A program made the position numbers and the translations under genes. The notes beneath the pieces are model-generated. The model was not told the origin of the DNA and ran no database searches. It saw only the letters and a list, made by a program, of their open reading frames with translations. This document shows positions 50,048 to 64,000 of a stretch of 64,000 bases of DNA, in pieces (the stretch's first letter is position 1; the number at the start of each line of letters is the position of its first letter). The stretch covers positions 11,906,001 through 11,970,000 of the forward strand of contig CM075990.1 of the NCBI GenBank assembly GCA_038087875.1. The letters run 5' to 3'. This DNA is from Malacoraja senta (taxonomy: Eukaryota).

Positions 50048-51942
50048 AGATGAACATTGGTAGATGAACAATCTCCATCCTGCTGTTAAAGGTAGTTTAT
50101 ACTGCTGTAAGTAAATATTTTTCACCACATGTTCCTTTTGTAATTCTTGTTTTCACTCACTTTCTGGTTTTGCCCCCTACTCCTGACCTGGCTGTGTCCA
50201 CTTACCCTGTCCTAAACCCTCCAAGGTCTCTGGTCTCCTGCAGTCATGGCCCCTTTAGCACCCAATTGGCTTTGTTCTAAGGGTGGCATGGTGACGCACC
50301 GGTAGAGTTGCTGCCTTACAGCGCCAGAGACCCAGGTTCCATCCTGACTTTGTGTTAATCTCTGTACAGAGTTTGTACGTTCTTCCCGTGACCTGCATGG
50401 GTTTTCTCCGGGATCTTCAGTTTCCTTCCACAGTCCAAAGACGTACAGGTTTCTAGGCTAATTGACTTCTGTAAATGGTCCATAGTGGGTGTAGGATAGT
50501 GTTAATGTGCGGGGATCACTGGTCGGCGCGGACTCGGTGGGGCGAAGGGCCCGTTTCCACGCTGTATCTCTAAACTAAATTAAAACATGCCTTTGGCCAC
50601 CAGAGATTTCAGCTCACAAATTCTCTTATTAAATCTCTCCACCTCCCTTTCAGTCACAATGGTCCTGTAACCTCTTAATCTGACCATAATCTTCACTGCC
50701 AGGAGCCATCTGTACACCTAAATGTTATATTGTGTCTCACCGTCCTGTGCTAATCATGAAAATAGCTTTGCCATTGAATAACATTGTATTGTCCATTATT
50801 TTAACAAAATTTCTACCTACATGCATTGAAAAACATAGTAGAGAAAGGAACTTGAGACCAAGACCATTGCTAATATTGCATGGGTCAAATTTGGCCGATT
50901 GCATGTTGTTCCAGTCTTTTGCCCCGTGGTGGCGCTGTAAAGCCATCAGATTGTCCAACTAAAGAGTCGTTGCGTTTTCATCCATTATTTCCAATAAAGT
51001 GATTTACTTTGAGGCGACAAAGCTGAACAAGAACTGACGATATTCCTGCTTTATTCTTCCGTCTGCTGTTGTGTTAGTGACTGAAAGAGGCAAAACATTT
51101 TGGGAAACAATTAGCCAGATTTTTTGCACAACTGTCAGTTGACATTACATCATTGCCCAACATTCCCTGCCAATTAATCAATTTAAAATGGAAGGTTAAC
51201 ACCAGAGTGGGGCTGTTCTGCAAATACATACACCAAAGCAAATTGTCTTGCTTCACTCTATTCAATGGTGCGCGTTCAAATTAAACGTGGGTCCTCGCTC
51301 ATACAATGGATTGGAATGAAATACTTTATTGGCCCGTGTGTGGAAGGCACGGTGAATATCTTTGCTTGCATACCCAAGGCATACAAATGGTCGCCACATA
51401 CCGGGCGCTGACAAAGCTACAAGGTACCCCCACCAACTCCTCCAGATGTACATGGTGATTAGCTTTTCTTATTATCCAAGTCAACACACACTGAAGCAGC
51501 AATCCCAATACATTCCCTGATCTCTGAACAGACACAGATCCACAAGATACAACCCTGCCTCTGTGGGCGACTTGCTCACCTCTGATCCAGATGATTGTGG
51601 ATTTAAGTCCCAACGACTTGAGCTTCATAATCTAGACTGACACTGCGGTTGCTGAGGGAGTATTGCACTGTCAGAGCTGTTGGCTTTTAGACGAGATGTT
51701 AGAAACATAGAAACATACGAAATAGGTGCAGGAGTAGCCATTTTGGCCCTTCAAGCCTGTTCAATATGATCATGACTGACCATCCAAAATTAGTACCCCA
51801 TTCCTGCTTTCTCCCCATATCCCTTGATTCCGTTAGCCCGAAGAGTTGTATCTAACTCTCCCTTGAAATCATCCAATGAATTGGCCTCCACTGCCTTCTG
51901 TGGCAGAGAATTCCACAGATTCACAACATCAGGAATGTAATG

Positions 51943-52320
51943 GGTAGGAAGGAACTGGTTAAAACCGAAGATAGACACAAAAAGCTGGAGTAACTCAGTG
52001 GGTCAGGCAGCATCTCTGGAGAAAAGGAATAGGTGACGTTTCAGGTCGAGACCCTTCTTCAGACTGAGAGTCAGGAGAAAGGGAAAGGAGAGATATACAT
52101 GGTGATATAGAACAAATTAATGAAAGATTTGCAAAAAAGTAATGGTGATAAAGGAAACAGACCATTATTAGCTGCCGACTAGGTGAAAACGAGTTACGGA
52201 CAATGAGACTCAACACGACGATTTTGTAGCTGGTACAACCACTTGGGTGGGGGACGGGACAGAGAGAGAGGGGATGCAAGGGTTACTTGAAGTTAGAGAA
52301 ATCAATATTCATACCACTGG
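51943..52320 (-). mobile_element. Penelope-like 3' fragment
   Basis: Encodes PSGMNIDFSNFK* followed by the same 3' UTR and terminal repeat. Confidence 0.75.
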
Positions 52321-55300
52321 GGGGTTGCAGTAATGGGGAATGTTGCAGAACTGTGTGTTGACTATTCACCATGTGGCTTCTGTCCATTATTAGTGAGTAG
52401 TTTTCATCCTGATTCATCCATTGCCCCGTGTAAAATCTTGTGCCAACACTTGCTACCATCTCCATCTCTTGTAGACAAGAGAGAAGGAAGTGGGATAGAT
52501 GTGTAGGAAGGAACATCAGATGCTGGTTTATACCGAAGATAGACACAAAATGCTGCAGGAACTCAGCAGGTCAGGCAGCACAAATGTGTTGATGGTTCAG
52601 ATCATGAGGGGTGGGAGGGGATCCATGTGAAGTGTGAATCTTGAAACAGAAGAGAGCGGCTGAGTGGCCTGTCTCTGTACTGCTGACTCAATGTTTGCCC
52701 CGGCATCCTAACCAATATTTATCCTTTGTGTAGGAAGGAACTGCAGATGCTGGAGTAATTGAGCGGGACAGGCAGCATCTCTGGAGAGAAGGAATGGGTG
52801 ACCCTTCATTACTCAGCATCACCAAACCAGCTTGTCTAATCTTTGTTGTGAAACAAAGAACCGCGGATGCTGGTGAATGCACAAAAGGACACAAAGTGCT
52901 GGAGCGACTCAGCGGGTCAGGCAGCTATCCCCGGAGAACATGGATAGGTGACGTTTTCAGGTCGAGACCCTAATCTTTAACACATCGCTGTGCACAAATT
53001 AATGCAACGCTCCTTCCTATTCTGCAAGAGCAACTAAACTTCAGAAGCAGTTAAGTGTGTGTGGACATACTGAAAGAGATGTGAAAGATGCCATATAAAT
53101 GCAAATCTTTTTTGCTGCTTAGATTAGTGGGGAAGAATGAAAGGTAATGCATTTTGCAAAGAAACTGACGCAAAGGCATAAATCTCATTTAAATGAATGG
53201 ATTTATGCAAATGAAATGGGTTCATATTACAAGCAAAATACTTCAGTGTCGTATAACTTAATGAATTATGTAATAAAAATGTGCAAAGATATGGAAAGAA
53301 TTGTATTGGCTGTATTTAAATAACCCATAAATCTAAGCCAATTACAATCAACAGTTGTAATGTTCCCAACCGTTAAAAAAAAAGTTAGAAACAGGAAACA
53401 TTTAATGTTGAGCGTAAACCTTTTACGAGTTTTAAAATGGCCATTTTTATTCTGTGCCTTTGGGTGCTGAGCAAAAGACACTTATATTCTTGTAGAAATA
53501 TCAACTGTGGATGATCCCACAAAAAGAAAGCACACAAAAGATTTGTGCAACTTGTTTGACAGAGAGAGAGAGTTCACAGCGGTTCTCTGACCGGTAACGT
53601 GACAGCTCAAGCAGATAAAACATTTTCCTATTCGATTTGTGGCTTTGGGTCACAAGTTCAAGGCTGGAAGTTGCCTGCCATCTTAACCATATTAATTCCA
53701 GTGGGCATAGGACTTGCTGGACAGTGAATGGAGCAGAAGGCTAGTCATTCCATCATACAGGCGACAGCAGGGAGAGAAGGGGACGCGGTCCCTTCAAAGG
53801 GACATCCTACTTTCTATTTGTTTTGTTTCCGCTAATTTCTAGTTTACGGACTCATTGGAATATCTCACAAAATAATGAGTAGGAATTGCAATGAAGGCGC
53901 CAAACTGAGTTTCATTGCAGCACTTGTTGATTCAGAGGTTATGGGTTCAAGGCCAAATTTAGAGGCTTGGGCACCATAGGCTGATGGCGCATCACAATCC
54001 AGAGGAAGTGTCTCAATGTTGCAGGTACTCAGATGGTCTCCCATGCAAGGGTGGGGTGGGGGTGAGGGGGAGGGGGGGGGTCAAGCAGCATCTCTGGAGA
54101 AAAGGAATAGGTGAAGTTTCCGGTCGTGACCCTTCATCACTGCAAGAATCGACTGGGAAGGAGGTTGGTGAGCATGCTCGGACATCTTTCCTGGCATTAC
54201 CTCTCTCCACTCTCCATTGGGATTTGTCACAGGATAGTTTAGCACAAAAATATAATGACTAGCAATTGGCTCTGTCAAGTGCGGGGATGCTTGGGAGGCC
54301 AATGAGAAAGTGGCAGAAGAAGAACACAGAAAATTGGCTCCTGGAGAGAAAGGTGTGATTGGAATTGTATTTGCCTTTATTTGCAAGAACCTCTCATCTA
54401 TCACAATTCTCCTGCCAACATATTGGCTTCCTGAGCATTCCTTCACCTGAAAGAGCAAATTGTTAGTCAGCATTCATCAGTTAAGTGACTGTGACCAATT
54501 GTGAAGGAAGGAACTGCAGGTGCTGGTTGAAACCAAAGATAGACACAAAGAGCTGGAGTAACTCAGCGGGACAGGCAGCATCTCTGGAGAGAAGGAATAG
54601 GTGACGTTACGTGTCTGTGACCAATTCATGTGTTGGGTGAAGAGAAGAAATTCCAAACGAGGAACGAGTAAATAAGACCTCAAGAGAAGGTACGATTAGA
54701 TTTAGATTGACAGAAAATATCATCCACAATCAAGAATAGTTTTTAAGTTTTGGTATGTATGTATATGCCTGGAATTTATGTAGAAACAGAGAACTGCGAA
54801 TGCTGTTAGTACACAAAGTACTGGAGTAACTCAGCGGGACAGGCAGCATCTCTGGAGAACATGGATAGGTGACGTTCCGGGTCGAGATCCATTAAGAAGA
54901 ATGTTCTCCAGAGATGCAGCCTGACCCGTTGAGTTACTCCAGTACTTTGTGTCCTGCCTGGGATTTATGTTGGCATGTGTTGTTATTATTATGATAACAT
55001 CTATTATTTAGCAAAGATTATCTCCTGTGACATTGCTCAAGGCAAGTCTAAGTTACTTTATAAAAACCGAAAACATTGCCATCTGTAATACATTACCTGT
55101 TGGTTAGTTTCTGGGATCAAATAAATTCATCACGATTTTATTGTTAGAGAGTAAATGTTCTGATTAAGATTTAGGGCCAGTTGGAGACTGGACTTCAGAG
55201 ACAGACAGTAACTGTGTCGCATCTGTCATGTATGCCTCAGCTTATTTATATATTCAAAATTGTCACAGTATTCAGATATCGTTCTGTTATCTTATAGGAT

Positions 55301-58300
55301 CATTTGGATGGTAATGGATCAGGAGCAAATAATATTCCAGTAAACTATGCAAATTATTGATCAATGGTGCTTTATCATTAATGTTTTATTATTATTAATG
55401 TTTAGTGTTTTCTGAGTCATTCATAACTGTCACTGTACGTCATGTTGTCACTTGTGGGCGGAGCATCAAGGCAAATTCCTTGTATGTGAATACTTGGCCA
55501 ATAAACTTACTTTTTTTTTTTACCCATGTGTAAAATTAATATATCATGAGGGTTAATGGATTGTGTTGGAGATCATTTGTTTTAAAGTGATCTTTATTTG
55601 ATGATTCTACCCTGGAGATGCAAGCATGGGACAGGTTTCATCTGAAGAAGGGTCTTGACCCGAAACGTCGCACATTCCCTCACTCCAGAGACACTGCCTG
55701 TCCCGCTGAGTTACTCCAGCATTTTGTGTCTATCTTCGGTTTAAACTAGTCTTTGCAGTTCCTTCCTACACACAGCTCCTAGATGACTTGGCTGCAAAGC
55801 CTTGGTCCAAACATGGAACCAAAAGCTGAATTCTAGAGGTGAGATGAGAGTGATTGCCCTTGAAATCAAGGCAGCTTTTTGACTCCAATATTCCTTGGTA
55901 AACTGAGATCAAATGAGCTCAGGGGAAAACACTCCAATGGCTGGAATCGTGGCTCATGAAAAGGAAGCTAGCTGTGGTTGAAGGTGGTCAATTATTCCAG
56001 CCACATTTAACTGTTAGAATCTATTGTAAAGGATGAATTCAGGAACTTCTAGTGACAACCAAGGCAATAAATCCAAGTTAATTGGGCATCCAGCACCAAA
56101 TCAGCTTGGCGAGAATGTAACTGTGTGTGGATGAAAGCATTGTGTCTGATATTGGGTATTGATTTGCAGAGCAACATTCAGAAGCTTGTTTGTACGGAGT
56201 TTGCACTTGAAATAAGCACTGACAAGATTAAGCAAAGTTGTGGTTCGTCAGAGAATGGATCAAATGTCAAAAAATGCCAATGAAATTAAGAAGGGCTTTG
56301 ATAGAATAGGAAGGATTTATTCTCCTGAGGAGAGAGATCAAAAAACATTGATTTCAAGTAATTATTTGAAGAGGAGATACTTTTCACGAAAAGGTGGTTG
56401 GGTGGTAAGTGAAAGGCCTGGATAGAGTGTATGTGGAGAGGATGTTTCCACCAGTGGGAGAGTCTAGGACCAGAGGTCACAGCCTCAGAATTAAAGGACA
56501 TTCCTTTAGGAAGGAGATGAGGGGGATTTTGTGGAGGAGGTAGAGATTGGTGAATCTGTGGAATTCATTGCCACAGAAGGCTATGGAGGCCAAGTCAATG
56601 GCAGAGACGGATCGATTCTTGATTAGTACGGGTGTCGGGGTTATGGGGAGAAGGCAGGAGAATAGGGTTGAGAGGGAGAGATAGATCAGCCATGTTTGAA
56701 TGGCGGAGTAGACTTGATGGGCCGAATGGTCTAATTCTGCTCCTATCACACGAACTTTTGAACTTATGGATCTGGGACTCCATGAGAATATATTGGATGC
56801 AGAAACCCTCACCACATTTAAAATGGTGCGTGAAATGTAAGAGCCATGACTTGTGGGGTTATAAGTCTAATGATGGAAATTGGAATGCTGGTCTTGATGT
56901 TTCAGTGCCAGTCACTGTTCTTGCACTCTGGAAGCTTGTAGCTGTCTATAATGCATGGTTGTCATAATCTTAACAGGCAGATGGGGAAAGTGGAGGGTCA
57001 GATAACTCCGTAGATAGGCACAAAATGCTGGAGTAACTCAGCGGGACAGGCAGCATCTCTGGAGGGAAGGAATGGGTGTCGTTTCGGGTCGAGACCCTTC
57101 TTCAGATAACTCCTTTACAAGACCTGGCACAGATTTGATGGCTCCTGTGCTAAAACATTCTATGGCATGAGTGCGGGATCGATTTGCTGCGAAGGGTGGC
57201 ATGGTGATGCTGCAGTGTGTGCTTCTGCCTCATTGCTCCACGAGCTCAGGTTCGATCCTGACCTCAGCAGATGTCTGTGTGTCATTTATGTGTTCTTCCC
57301 CATGGGTTTCCTGCAAGTGCTCCAGTTTCTTCCCCCATCTTAAAGGCAGGATGGTGGGTTAATTGACTCCTGCAGGAGTGGGATTGGTGACCTTTGGGTT
57401 GGGACCCTTCGGTTCAGGTCAGGAAAGGTCCCGATCTGAAACGTCACCTATCCATGTTCTCCAGAGATGCTGCCTGACCCGCTGAGTTACTCCAGCAGTT
57501 TGTGTACTTTTTTTGCAAACCAGCATCTGTAGTTCCTCGATAGACACAAAGTGCTGGAGTAACTCAGCAGGGACAGGTAGTATCACTGGAGAGAAGGAAT
57601 GGGTGACATTTGGGGTCGAGACTCTTGTTCAGAAGTTTCTTGTTTCAACAATTTTTAAAACCCTTATCTAGCTCTCTCTTGAAAGTATACAGAGAACCGG
57701 CCTCACACAGAGAGTGGTGAGTCTGTGGAATTCTCTGCCTCAGAGGGCGGTGGAGGCCGGTTCTCTGGATACTTTCAAGAGAGAGCTGGATAGGGCTCCT
57801 AAAGATAGTGGAGCCAGGGGATATGGGGAGAAGGCAGGAACGGGGTACTGATTGGGTTGATCAGCCATGATCACATTGAATGGCGGTGCTGGCTCGAAGG
57901 GCCGAATGGCCTACTCCTGCACCTATTGTCAAATGTCTATAATTCAACAAGTTCCTTGTTTCTACAATCAAAGAGGAGTGATGCGCGTGTTGGAAAGAAA
58001 TAGTGTAGGGCTCCAGGGAGATAAGGAGAGGGTGATGGAACTGGTGGGCTTGCTCTGCTGGAGGCTGGATGGATGTGATGGGCTCTGCAGCTTCCTCCTT
58101 TGTCGTTGCGTGTCTGTATCTTCAGAAGCATCGTTCTGTGCATCATTAGGGGGAGGAAAAGGCTTGCTGAGCTTGAGCAATTAAAACGGAATCTCAGCTA
58201 CAAGATTTGCATTTCACCCATCGTCTCAAATGCTTTACCCGCTTGTTAGGGGAGGAGAGAGCTATCAGCAGGCCATTCAGTTCATTAAACAAGGGTGTCA

Positions 58301-61300
58301 AAGCAGCTACCCCCTCAACCCATGTGATTTGAGAGAGACAGAGAGAGCAGGGCTGAATTAGTCATATCAGTGGTGCAGCGGTAGAGTTGCTGCCTTACAG
58401 CGCCGGAGATCCGGGTTCGATCCTGACTTCGGGTGCTGTCTGTACGGAGTTTGCACGTTCTCCCCGTGACCGTTTTCTCCAGGTCCTCCCACTTTGCAAA
58501 TATGTGCGGGTTTGCAGGTTAATTGGCTTCTGTGAATTGCCTCCAGTGAGTAGGATAGAGCTCACGTATGGGTGATCGCTGATCAACGCAGACCCGGTGG
58601 GCCAAAGTACCTGTCTCCGCGCTAAATCTCTATGCTGAACTAAAACTAAAGGTTTGTGAAGCCAAATGAAAGGAGAGAAAGATAACATTATGCATATGAG
58701 AAAAGTAAAATAATTTAGAATATTACTTTTAAAACATAAAATTAAACTCAATTTATTATTGGATTGGAGTGTCAGTATCATTGTGAGAATATTTTATCAA
58801 ATGGTACTTGCGTTGTTGAGTGACTGCGATCTCTGGTGATTTGCAACAAAAACACAAACTACCGTGTATCTGTGAAGCCAATTGCCTTCCCTTGTGTCAG
58901 ATTGCAACCCTTCTGACTTTTTGCAGTTTACTGAACAAATGGCATAATGGCATAGCTGGTAGAGCTGCTGTCTCTTAGTTCCAGAAACCTGGGTTCGATC
59001 CTGACCCCGAGTGCTGTCTGTGTGGAGTTTGCACGGTCTCCCTGTGGGTTTCCTCCTGCTTTCAAGAGAGAGTTAGACAACAGACAATAGGTGCAGGAGT
59101 AGGCCATTCGGCCCTTCGAGCCAGCACCGCCATTCAATGTGATCGTGGCTGATCATCCCCAATCAGTACCCTGTTCCTGCCTTCTCCCCATATCCCCTGA
59201 CTCCGCTATTTTTAAGAGCCCTCTCTCTTGAAAGCATCCAGAGAACCTGCCTCCACCGCCCTCTGAGGCAGAGAATTCCACAGACTCACCACTCTCTGTG
59301 AGAAAAAGTGTTTCCTCGTCTCCGTTCTAAATGGCTTCCTCCTTATTCTTAAACTGTGGCCCCTGGTTCTGGACTCCCCCAACCGGGAACATGTTTCCTG
59401 CCTCTAGCGTGTCCAAGCCCTTAACAATCTTATATGTTTCATTCAGAGTTAGATTTAGCTCTTAGGGCTAAAGGAATCAAGGGATATGGGGGGGAAAAGC
59501 AGGAACGGGGTACTGAGTTTGATTGATCAGCCATGGTCATATTGAATGGCGGTGCTGGCTCGAAGGGCCAAATTTGTCTATGTTTCTATGTTTTCTCCTA
59601 CATCCCAAGGATGTGAAGGTTAGTTGGTTCATTGGCCTCTTTAAATTGTCCTGTGTGTGTTGGGAGTGGCTGTGACATATGGAATGGATGATGTAATTGG
59701 ATGAGCGATGGTGGACACATGGTGCATCTGTCAATCAATCAATTAATGATGAGTTTCATTGAATTCAAAGATAGACAAAAATGCTGGAGAAACTCAGCGG
59801 TTGAGGCAGCAGCTATGGAGTGAAGGAACAGGTGACGTTTTGGGTCAAGACCCTTCTTCAGACCTTCTTCATTGAATTCAATGTCACTACAGCGGCCTGT
59901 GTCAGCTACGTTTTTTTTAATTTGGAGGGAAGCTTTTATAAGGGCAATGAATGAACTGCCTACTAGTTGTTGTCATCTGCGAGTTCCACTCTTCGCTTCC
60001 TTGTATCCCTGTCATTAGCACATCTTCCCCAGCCAACAATGGGCCATTGTGGACTCCACCCTTCCTCAGGTCATCTGTTGCCTGCCCAGATTTGTTCTGG
60101 TGGAGGAACCTTCGGTGCATAAGATGTCTGACTCCACTAATCAACTTCCAGCGCATCGTGAAACCGTTGAGTCGACAAGGTGACTATAACTGTGTTAATT
60201 TAACTTCAACCTCCTTTTTTGCCACATTTAAGCCCATCCTGAATTACTTATTTTCCAGATGGAGTCATCAATATTTATATCTGATTTATTTTCTCCATCT
60301 GCTTCAGCCACCTGAGAGCACTCCCTGTGAGGTGCGGGAAGCTTTATAACATGTTTGCAAGGCTTTGCTATATCCTGTTATATCTTTCCTCGGGGACTAT
60401 CCTGACCCTAACATCACATTTGAGTCAGTGCACTCTAGACTCTGAGCCTACTGAAGAGCAAGCTTATTATCTTTGTGTAGGAAGGAACTGCAGATGCTGG
60501 TTTACAACGAAGATAGCCACAAAATGCTGGAGTAACTCCGCGGGACAGGCGGCATCTCTGGAGAGAAGGAATGGGCAACGTTTCAGGTCGAGACTGAAGT
60601 CTGAAGAAAGGTCTCGACCCGAAACGTCACCCATTTCTTCTCTTCAGAGATCCTGCCTGTCCCGCCGAGTTACTCCAGCATTTTGTTTCTAAAGATCTCT
60701 TTCATTGAAATGATCACTCATGAAGTAATTGCCAGAAATATCTGCTTGCCTCTCTCTCCAAACGCATTTTATATTCAATTCTTGTTGATCCAGATGGCAA
60801 ATTTTACTGATTTAAGATGGCATCTGGGAGAGAGGCTCTTATTCATTTTATTGAGAATAAAGTCTGAACAGTAACAACCGATCAACGTTGATAACGGTCT
60901 GGAAAATATATAAAGGCTGCACAGTTATACCATTTCAGTATTCTGGCCATCATAACAAACTGCCTGAAGCCTCATTAGATCAAGTTAACTTATAGATGGG
61001 GTGAGAAATTTTAAATAATACACACGCATGGGCAATTTATCTGCTGCAAACTGAATCGTTATCCATCTGAATGCTACATGAAGTCGTGAAGGCTACACAA
61101 GTGCGACCTGGGGTTCAATGAGGAGCGTGTTCACTTCTGACGAAGATCACGGGCTTCAGAGGTCTCCCGGGACTTCAGAAACATCGCAGCTGAGAGAGAC
61201 TGTAGTGTAGATGAAATATCTCTTGGCGCTGATTAAGTAAGAGACCCAGGTTTGATCCAGATCTCGGATGCTTTCATTGTGGAGTTTGCACGTACTCCCG

Positions 61301-61754
61301 CGTGAGTTTCTTGCACATTTACGAGAATGATCCCAGGAATGTGTGGGTTAACATATGATGAGCGTTTGTCGGCACTGGGCCTGTACTCGCTGGAGTATAG
61401 AAGAATGAGGTGGGATCTCATTGAAACTTACTGAATCATGAAAGGCCTGGATATAACATATGGTAATACCTGGGGAATCAACACTTTTTTTTCATATTGT
61501 TTGAGATGTCAGTAATGACCAGGGCAGTGGGGAAACTCCCTGCCTTTCTTCAGGACTCCATCACTGGCGCATTTACACGTCTGAGAGGGCAATCAGGACT
61601 TCAGTCTGTCGGAAACGCCTCCAGGAATGCAACATACCATCAGCTGCTCTCAAGCAGCAGTGTAGATTCAGTCCCTGTATTTCACACTGTGCTCCCACGG
61701 TTAAAGGAGAATGGTCCGGACCAAGCAGATTTTTTTTTTTTTTTTAAATTAAAT

Positions 61755-61966
61755 TTAAAAAAATAAAAAATTAAGTGCAGATTATTTTCGTGTCTTCGGA
61801 CTGAAGAAGGGTCTCGACCTGAAACGTGGGGTGGAAGTTTGCAACCTTCACGTGGTCCGCTTAAAAAAATAAAAAATTAAGTGCAGATTATTTTCGTGTC
61901 TTCGGACTGAAGAAGGGTCTCGACCTGAAACGTGGGGTGGAAGTTTGCAACCTTCACGTGGTCCGC
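61755..61966 (+). repeat. Perfect 106-bp tandem duplication
   Basis: 61755-61860 and 61861-61966 are identical. Confidence 0.93.
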
Positions 61967-62070
61967 CCTATTTCGACGAATGCAATCAACCCGGTGTGCA
62001 GAAATAAGATCAAATCGAACAAGTTGTCCTACAACTTTAGGCTGTGTACGCCATACGCAAGAAGAAGAAG
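61934..62070 (+). mobile_element. Short (~137 bp) element with (GAA)n tail
   Basis: ggggtggaagtttgcaaccttcac...ccatacgc(aag)n. A second copy lies at 35548-35853 and a 3' fragment at about 48465-48505(-). Confidence 0.65.
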
Positions 62071-64000
62071 ACCCAAAACATCACCCATTCCTTCTCTCCA
62101 GAGATGCAGCATCAGTTTTGGATCAAGACCCTTCTTTTGACTTCAGTCTCAACCCGAAACATCACTCATCCCTTCATTCCAGAGATGCTGCCTGTCCTGC
62201 AGAGTTACTCCAGCGTTTTGTGTCTATCTTCGGTTTAAACCGGCATCTGCAGTTCCTTCCTGCATGGTGTGGATTATTTGTGCTTCAGAGTCCAGAATGA
62301 GAATTGATACAGACACCAGAGGTGAGAGTGCGAACAAATGTGCCCAGGCTGAAAGTTTTGTATTCAAAAAGCACAGACTGGAAGATTCAAACTGTGTTTA
62401 AACGTTATCGATCAGAGCATTGTAATCAATATGTACTTAGTTATTAAAGAAATCAAGGGATGTTGTGTTGCTGCAGGAATGTGGTATTGAGGTAGAGGTC
62501 AGGCCCAGACCTTATTGAATGACGGAGTGGAGCCAAAAGAGCCTCTTCATCTTTTTCTTATGTTCCTGTGAGCATCTTCACCAGGAAGATGGTTGCAGTT
62601 GAAGAAGATTGTCACTTACTCAAGGGCAACCAGGACAGGACAATTAGGTTGGCCAGCAATGACTACATCGTGAAAAATGAATAGATCCGAACAAAATATT
62701 TTATCTCCATCTCCACTGACTACTGCCTCAGTCTGGTACCTACTGAAACCTTCATTCGTGCAAAGATCTGACTATTACTGAGAGTGTTTTCCCCTCAATC
62801 ATTAGTACCCTGCTCCAATTCCATGCAAAATCATATTACCCTACACCTCAATCTAGAAGTTTTCAACCAAGGGTATAAATGTATTCATGGACTTCCCTCT
62901 TCCTTATCTTCTGACCTCCTCCAACCCAAATGTATGCCCAGGATCACCATCTCTAATCTCTTGTGCAGTCAAAGCCTCCTTTGTCTATTGTTGGTGACTG
63001 GGTGGCACTGAGGCACAGCTGCTAGAGCACCAGAGACTCAGGTTCAATCCTGACCTCGGGTGCTGTCTGTGTTGAGTTTGCATGTTTTCCCTGTGATCGC
63101 AAGGGTATCCTCCAAGTGCTCCAGTCTCCTCCCACATCCCAAAGACGTGTAGGTATAAATGTTTATTGTAAAATTGTCTCTAGTGTGTAGGGAGTGGATG
63201 GTTTATGTGGACTCAGTGGGCCAAAGGGCCTGTTTCCATGCGGTATCTCTAAACTGAACTAAACTAGTAGTGTAGGAAAGAACTGCAGATGCTGGTTTAC
63301 ACCAAAGATAGACACAAAATGCTGGAGTAACTCAGCGGGAAAGGTAGCATGTGTAGGAAAAAACTGCAGATGCTGGTTTAAATCGAAGGTAGACACAAAA
63401 TGCTGGAGTAACTCAGCGGGACAGGCAGCATCTCTGGAGAGAAGGAATGGGTGACATTTCGGGTCGAGACTGAAGTCTGAAGAAGAGTCTCGATCCCAAA
63501 CATCACCTGTTCGTTCTCTCCAGAGATGCTGCCTGTCCCGCTGAGTTAAACTAAACTAGACTGCTTTTTGGCTTTCTGAAATTCCCTGTCTAAATCTTTC
63601 CATCTTTCTTTTTAAGAGACCCTCCTTAAAAGCTGGCTCTTTGACGGAATTTTAATCACACCTCCAACATCTCCTTATTTGGTCTGTTTGCCATCTCTGG
63701 TTCAGGTCCCTTCCAGGATCCTCTGTGTCGAGCTTCTCGTAGAAAGGTACAATACAACGTTAGTTATCCCCGAGCAGCATATTTGCTCATAAAAACAAAC
63801 AAGGTGCCGTTAATTAACTGGTAATTGCTTGCTAACTTATCACAACCATTATGACAACAATCTTGGTTAAAATGAAACTTCATTTCTATGAATAATGAGT
63901 GCAAACATTTTAACATTAGAGACTTTAAACACATTTTTGTTTTTATAAACTGCATCTGATAAATAATTATAAGTTAGCTTCAAAATGATTTGAAATAATT

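Overview
Vertebrate nuclear DNA, inferred from its repeat families to be a cartilaginous fish (probably a skate or ray). The only recognisable protein-coding gene is SLC29A3 (lysosomal equilibrative nucleoside transporter ENT3) on the + strand. It has five coding exons (35073-35327, 36922-37004, 37563-37789, 39245-39407, 42095-42767) that splice in frame to 466 aa, a candidate GC-rich promoter and non-coding first exon near 27830-27950, and a candidate poly(A) signal at 45186. The rest is mostly retroelements: HE1-like tRNA-derived SINEs, CR1 3' fragments, DeuSINE-like relics, L2, L1, RTE-X, Harbinger-like MITEs and very abundant Penelope-like (PLE) pieces. The most notable observations are (i) dozens of short, often fold-back, TSD-flanked PLE-derived inserts carrying a minimal hammerhead-ribozyme core, (ii) a non-coding retroelement family with a conserved hairpin body but three different LINE-type tails, (iii) a ~137-bp element with a fixed 5' end and an RTE-X-like tail, and (iv) a G-rich minisatellite and a direct duplication bracketing the putative SLC29A3 promoter. 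Repeat-family names come from recognition by eye, not from database searches, and repeat boundaries are approximate.
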